A DNA stretch of 64,000 nucleotides from Ginglymostoma cirratum (Eukaryota), in assembly GCA_024137785.1 (NCBI GenBank), contig JAHRHZ010000110.1, positions 558,001-622,000 of the forward strand, read 5' to 3'. Positions 61,166-64,000 of the stretch are shown one piece after another. Made by a program: the position numbers and the translations under genes. Below the pieces are notes generated by a model. The model was not told where the DNA came from and ran no database searches. It saw nothing but the letters and a program-made list of their open reading frames with translations. How positions within the stretch are numbered: the stretch's first letter is position 1; every line of letters begins with the position of its first letter.

Positions 61166-62511
61166 GCCCATAGATTCAGCTTTTAATAGCACACTAGGTG
61201 ACACTAATACAGTGATATTGTCCCTACCTTGGATGCTGGAGACCCGGATTCAAATTCCAGCTGCTCCAGATGTGTAATAACGTTTCTGAACACGCTGGTT
61301 ATATTTGTTACAAATCCCAGGTTCTTTGGCCAATGAAAGCAGCAATGAACAGCCTCTTCCACTCTGTCTCCCTGCTTCTTGGAGGCTGTTCCTTGCTCCT
61401 TTACCCTCGGATTGGGATCTCTTCATTGGCAGATGGATTAAACAGTTTCTCTCCAAGGTCAAACAGTGCTCAGAGGTGGTATATGCTCTGAAGATCTCTC
61501 TCAAACACTGGAAGGCGTAAAGAACAGAAGAGGCAAAATCAGATTTGTGTAGGAAAATATAAAAAAAATTGGGAACTTCCATCAAATGGCATTAATCAGA
61601 GACAGAGAGAAGGATGCAGAGATGCTAGAAAAGAGAGAAGTCGAAACTGGAGACTATTCCATTTAGGAACTTAATATGGGATCTTTCTGTGCGGACTGTT
61701 TGATATTCAGGATTCGACTTCACACAGAAATCTCGCTGAACGACATTTCCAACACAGATGTCCGTTGCTTTGTTGCGTCCAGAGTAGGAGTTAATAGCTG
61801 ACACCAACAGTCCCAGATTAAGAGAATCCGAGTAAAACACTCACTCACTGACAGTCATTCCTTATGGCCCAGAGCTGCGGGGCTGCAGACAGTTCAACGC
61901 GGAAGCAAGGTTTTAAAATGTGTCGTTTTCGCCTGCTCTCTCACAGAAACAGTGAACAAAGTCAGAAGTCACATGATACCTGTTTATAGTCCAACAGGTT
62001 TATGTGAAATCACACACTTTCATAGCGCTGCTCCTCCACCAGGTGAACTGACAATTTTCACCGGCATCTCCACGTCACAGAGATAGGTAGAGTGACGTCG
62101 TAAACACATGGTGTCATTCCCGTGCGGAAGGAAGCCGTTCAGCCCATCGAGTCCAAGGCGACTCTCTGTCTATTATATTTCTCGGAGTTCATTCACAATC
62201 GATATCTGTCCTAATAATAATGAACTGTGTCTGTGTGGTGATGTTGTCTCTGACATGCTGATCCCCTTTTCGTTCACGACTTTTCACTTCACCGGGTGAT
62301 CACTGCCGTCTGATGCAGCATAGGCGATTACTGCATGGCATCCTGTGCACGGAACACACCACAAGTGATATGTGTCAAGAGAGAAGAATTATTTCAGACG
62401 CATGGAGGTTCAGGAAGCAGATTAAAATGCAGCACACCACACAACGGAGGTCTGTGTCGGAAGAGCACAGGCGGGGATCACTACACTCACACAGCAACAT
62501 GGAGCTTCTAA

Positions 62512-62583
62512 AGAACCTAGGGTGTTTTCATCTAACAATCTTTAATTTACGGCCCCAACATGCTTGCGCTGTCCCACTGTGCT
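62512..62583 (-). pseudogene. Initiator tRNA-Met relic
   Basis: Reverse complement AGCACAGTGGGACAGCGCAAGCATGTTGGGGCCGTAA. Positional paralog of 39999-40070. Confidence 0.55.
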
Positions 62584-63558
62584 AGCGTAGATTGCTGCAT
62601 TTGCAGACAAGTTCAAGCTTTTCATCTGGTGTGTGACACGTGCATTTGAGAATGATGTCAAAAGACCATCACAGTTGTTCTATAATAATTTCCTGGCTGT
62701 GTAAATATATCCTTTGTCTATCTTCCCCATTCTGTCATTCGAACTCAGATTTCACGCAGAATCACAACAATCACGAAATATTCAGAGTCGGATTGCATGG
62801 GCATCCTGAAACACTTGTTTTCCCTTTCAGTAAGTGTTTTCCCTTGCTGTATTCACTGCACTGATAGCTGTGCCCCATCCCTGCTGCAGGTGTTCCGGAC
62901 TCATTTAATGAAGCTGTGATTTTGGAAAGCTGTTCGGCGATTTGGCAAAACTGCTGAACAGAAATCAGGAGTCAGTACTGGGACTACCCTTTTCCTGGAC
63001 AAATATTAATGACACGCACTTATGAATGGGACGGATGAAACCAAAATCCTAAAATGAGGCAAAACTCACAAACGAACTGACAAATACAGAATTCCATTAG
63101 AACTGGTCTTTTCCAAAGAAGTCTGTTTCATTTAACATCGCTCTATGTCATTTGCCTGAGCCTGATGTTCCAAGAAATACTGGTCCATGTTAATAAATGC
63201 TATTCTGGGTGAGGTTTATACTCAACCTCGCATTTCACATGCTTCTGTTTGCACGTGTTCTTGCAATATTAATTGATGCCTTACTGTGTTCCTTTAACAC
63301 ATGCTAAGAGGAAACAAATTGAGAACAACACTGATTACAACGCAATATCCTAACAAATATGCGATCGCGAAGCCATACAATAGGCTATTTGAAAAGCTTC
63401 CTTTGCCACTGAAATTCACCGCTTCGCTAAGTGGAATCCATTGAAGTGAAGCCGTGATGGTGATTATCTTTGCTTGTGTTCAAAGTGTGAATCACATTTC
63501 CACTTTTCTCCGTGTAACATCACAACTCGGCAAGATGTAATGCACAAGCTTCTCTCTT

Positions 63559-63631
63559 GGGCCAATGGCATGATAGATAATGTGTCTGACTTCAAATCAC
63601 AAGATTGTAGGTTTGAGTCGTACCTGGCTCG
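63559..63631 (+). pseudogene. tRNA-Arg relic with anticodon TCA
   Basis: GGGCCAATGGCATGATAGATAATGTGTCTGACTTCAAATCACAAGATTGTAGGTTTGAGTCGTACCTGGCTCG, 73 nt; anticodon at 63592-63594. Confidence 0.8.
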
Positions 63632-64000
63632 AGCACAGTTAACAGTTTAGTACATTGGCAAATTGACGCGTCCTTCGACACAGGAATGTGTGCCGGGTGG
63701 ATTCCCAGGAGTTGAAGTAATTAAAAATTAGAAGTTGCACGAGAACAGTGTGCGGGACCGTTTCAGCACACTGTCCGTTTCATATCCGAGCTCACAACAA
63801 CAATTCTGATAGTTTGGAGAACTTGCTTGTGCTACACTTAAAGTTGCCTTTTGTCAGGGATAAGTGTGTGAGGTCGGAGATTGAAACTGAAGCACAAAGA
63901 GTGGGTGTAATCCTGAGACCTTTGTCACCCTCGGGGATGTTTCTGTATGTCTCCCTCTGTGGCTAAAAATGAGGATGAGCCCAAGAGGTGGGTTGTAATG

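Noticed and set aside
1-64000. CRISPR-like or prokaryotic operon interpretation; the remaining short ORFs
   Set aside because: No regularly spaced identical repeats, low coding density and vertebrate retroelements; the short ORFs show no recognisable domains other than CR1/PLE fragments.

Overview
Non-coding vertebrate DNA, most likely from a cartilaginous fish (shark): it carries an HE1-like V-SINE, CR1 LINEs and shark-type Penelope-like (PLE) termini. No host protein-coding gene is supportable. The window is a decaying tRNA-gene cluster. More than 30 recognisable but degenerate tRNA copies (Glu, Arg, Ser, Leu, Asn, Lys, Val, Pro, Ile, iMet, Trp, Thr) sit in a mosaic of old direct and inverted segmental duplications, interrupted by CR1, SINE and PLE fragments. 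The only long ORF (34981-36600) is a 5'-truncated CR1 reverse transcriptase inserted inside a tRNA-Arg relic. Most unusual signals: (i) five tRNA-Pro relics that all carry a 12-20 nt insertion at the canonical 37/38 intron position; (ii) many short, often palindromic, TSD-flanked PLE-derived inserts carrying minimal hammerhead-ribozyme cores; (iii) two Arg relics sharing a UCA (opal-reading) anticodon. All alignments were done by eye against remembered consensus sequences; boundaries of old repeats and duplications are approximate.
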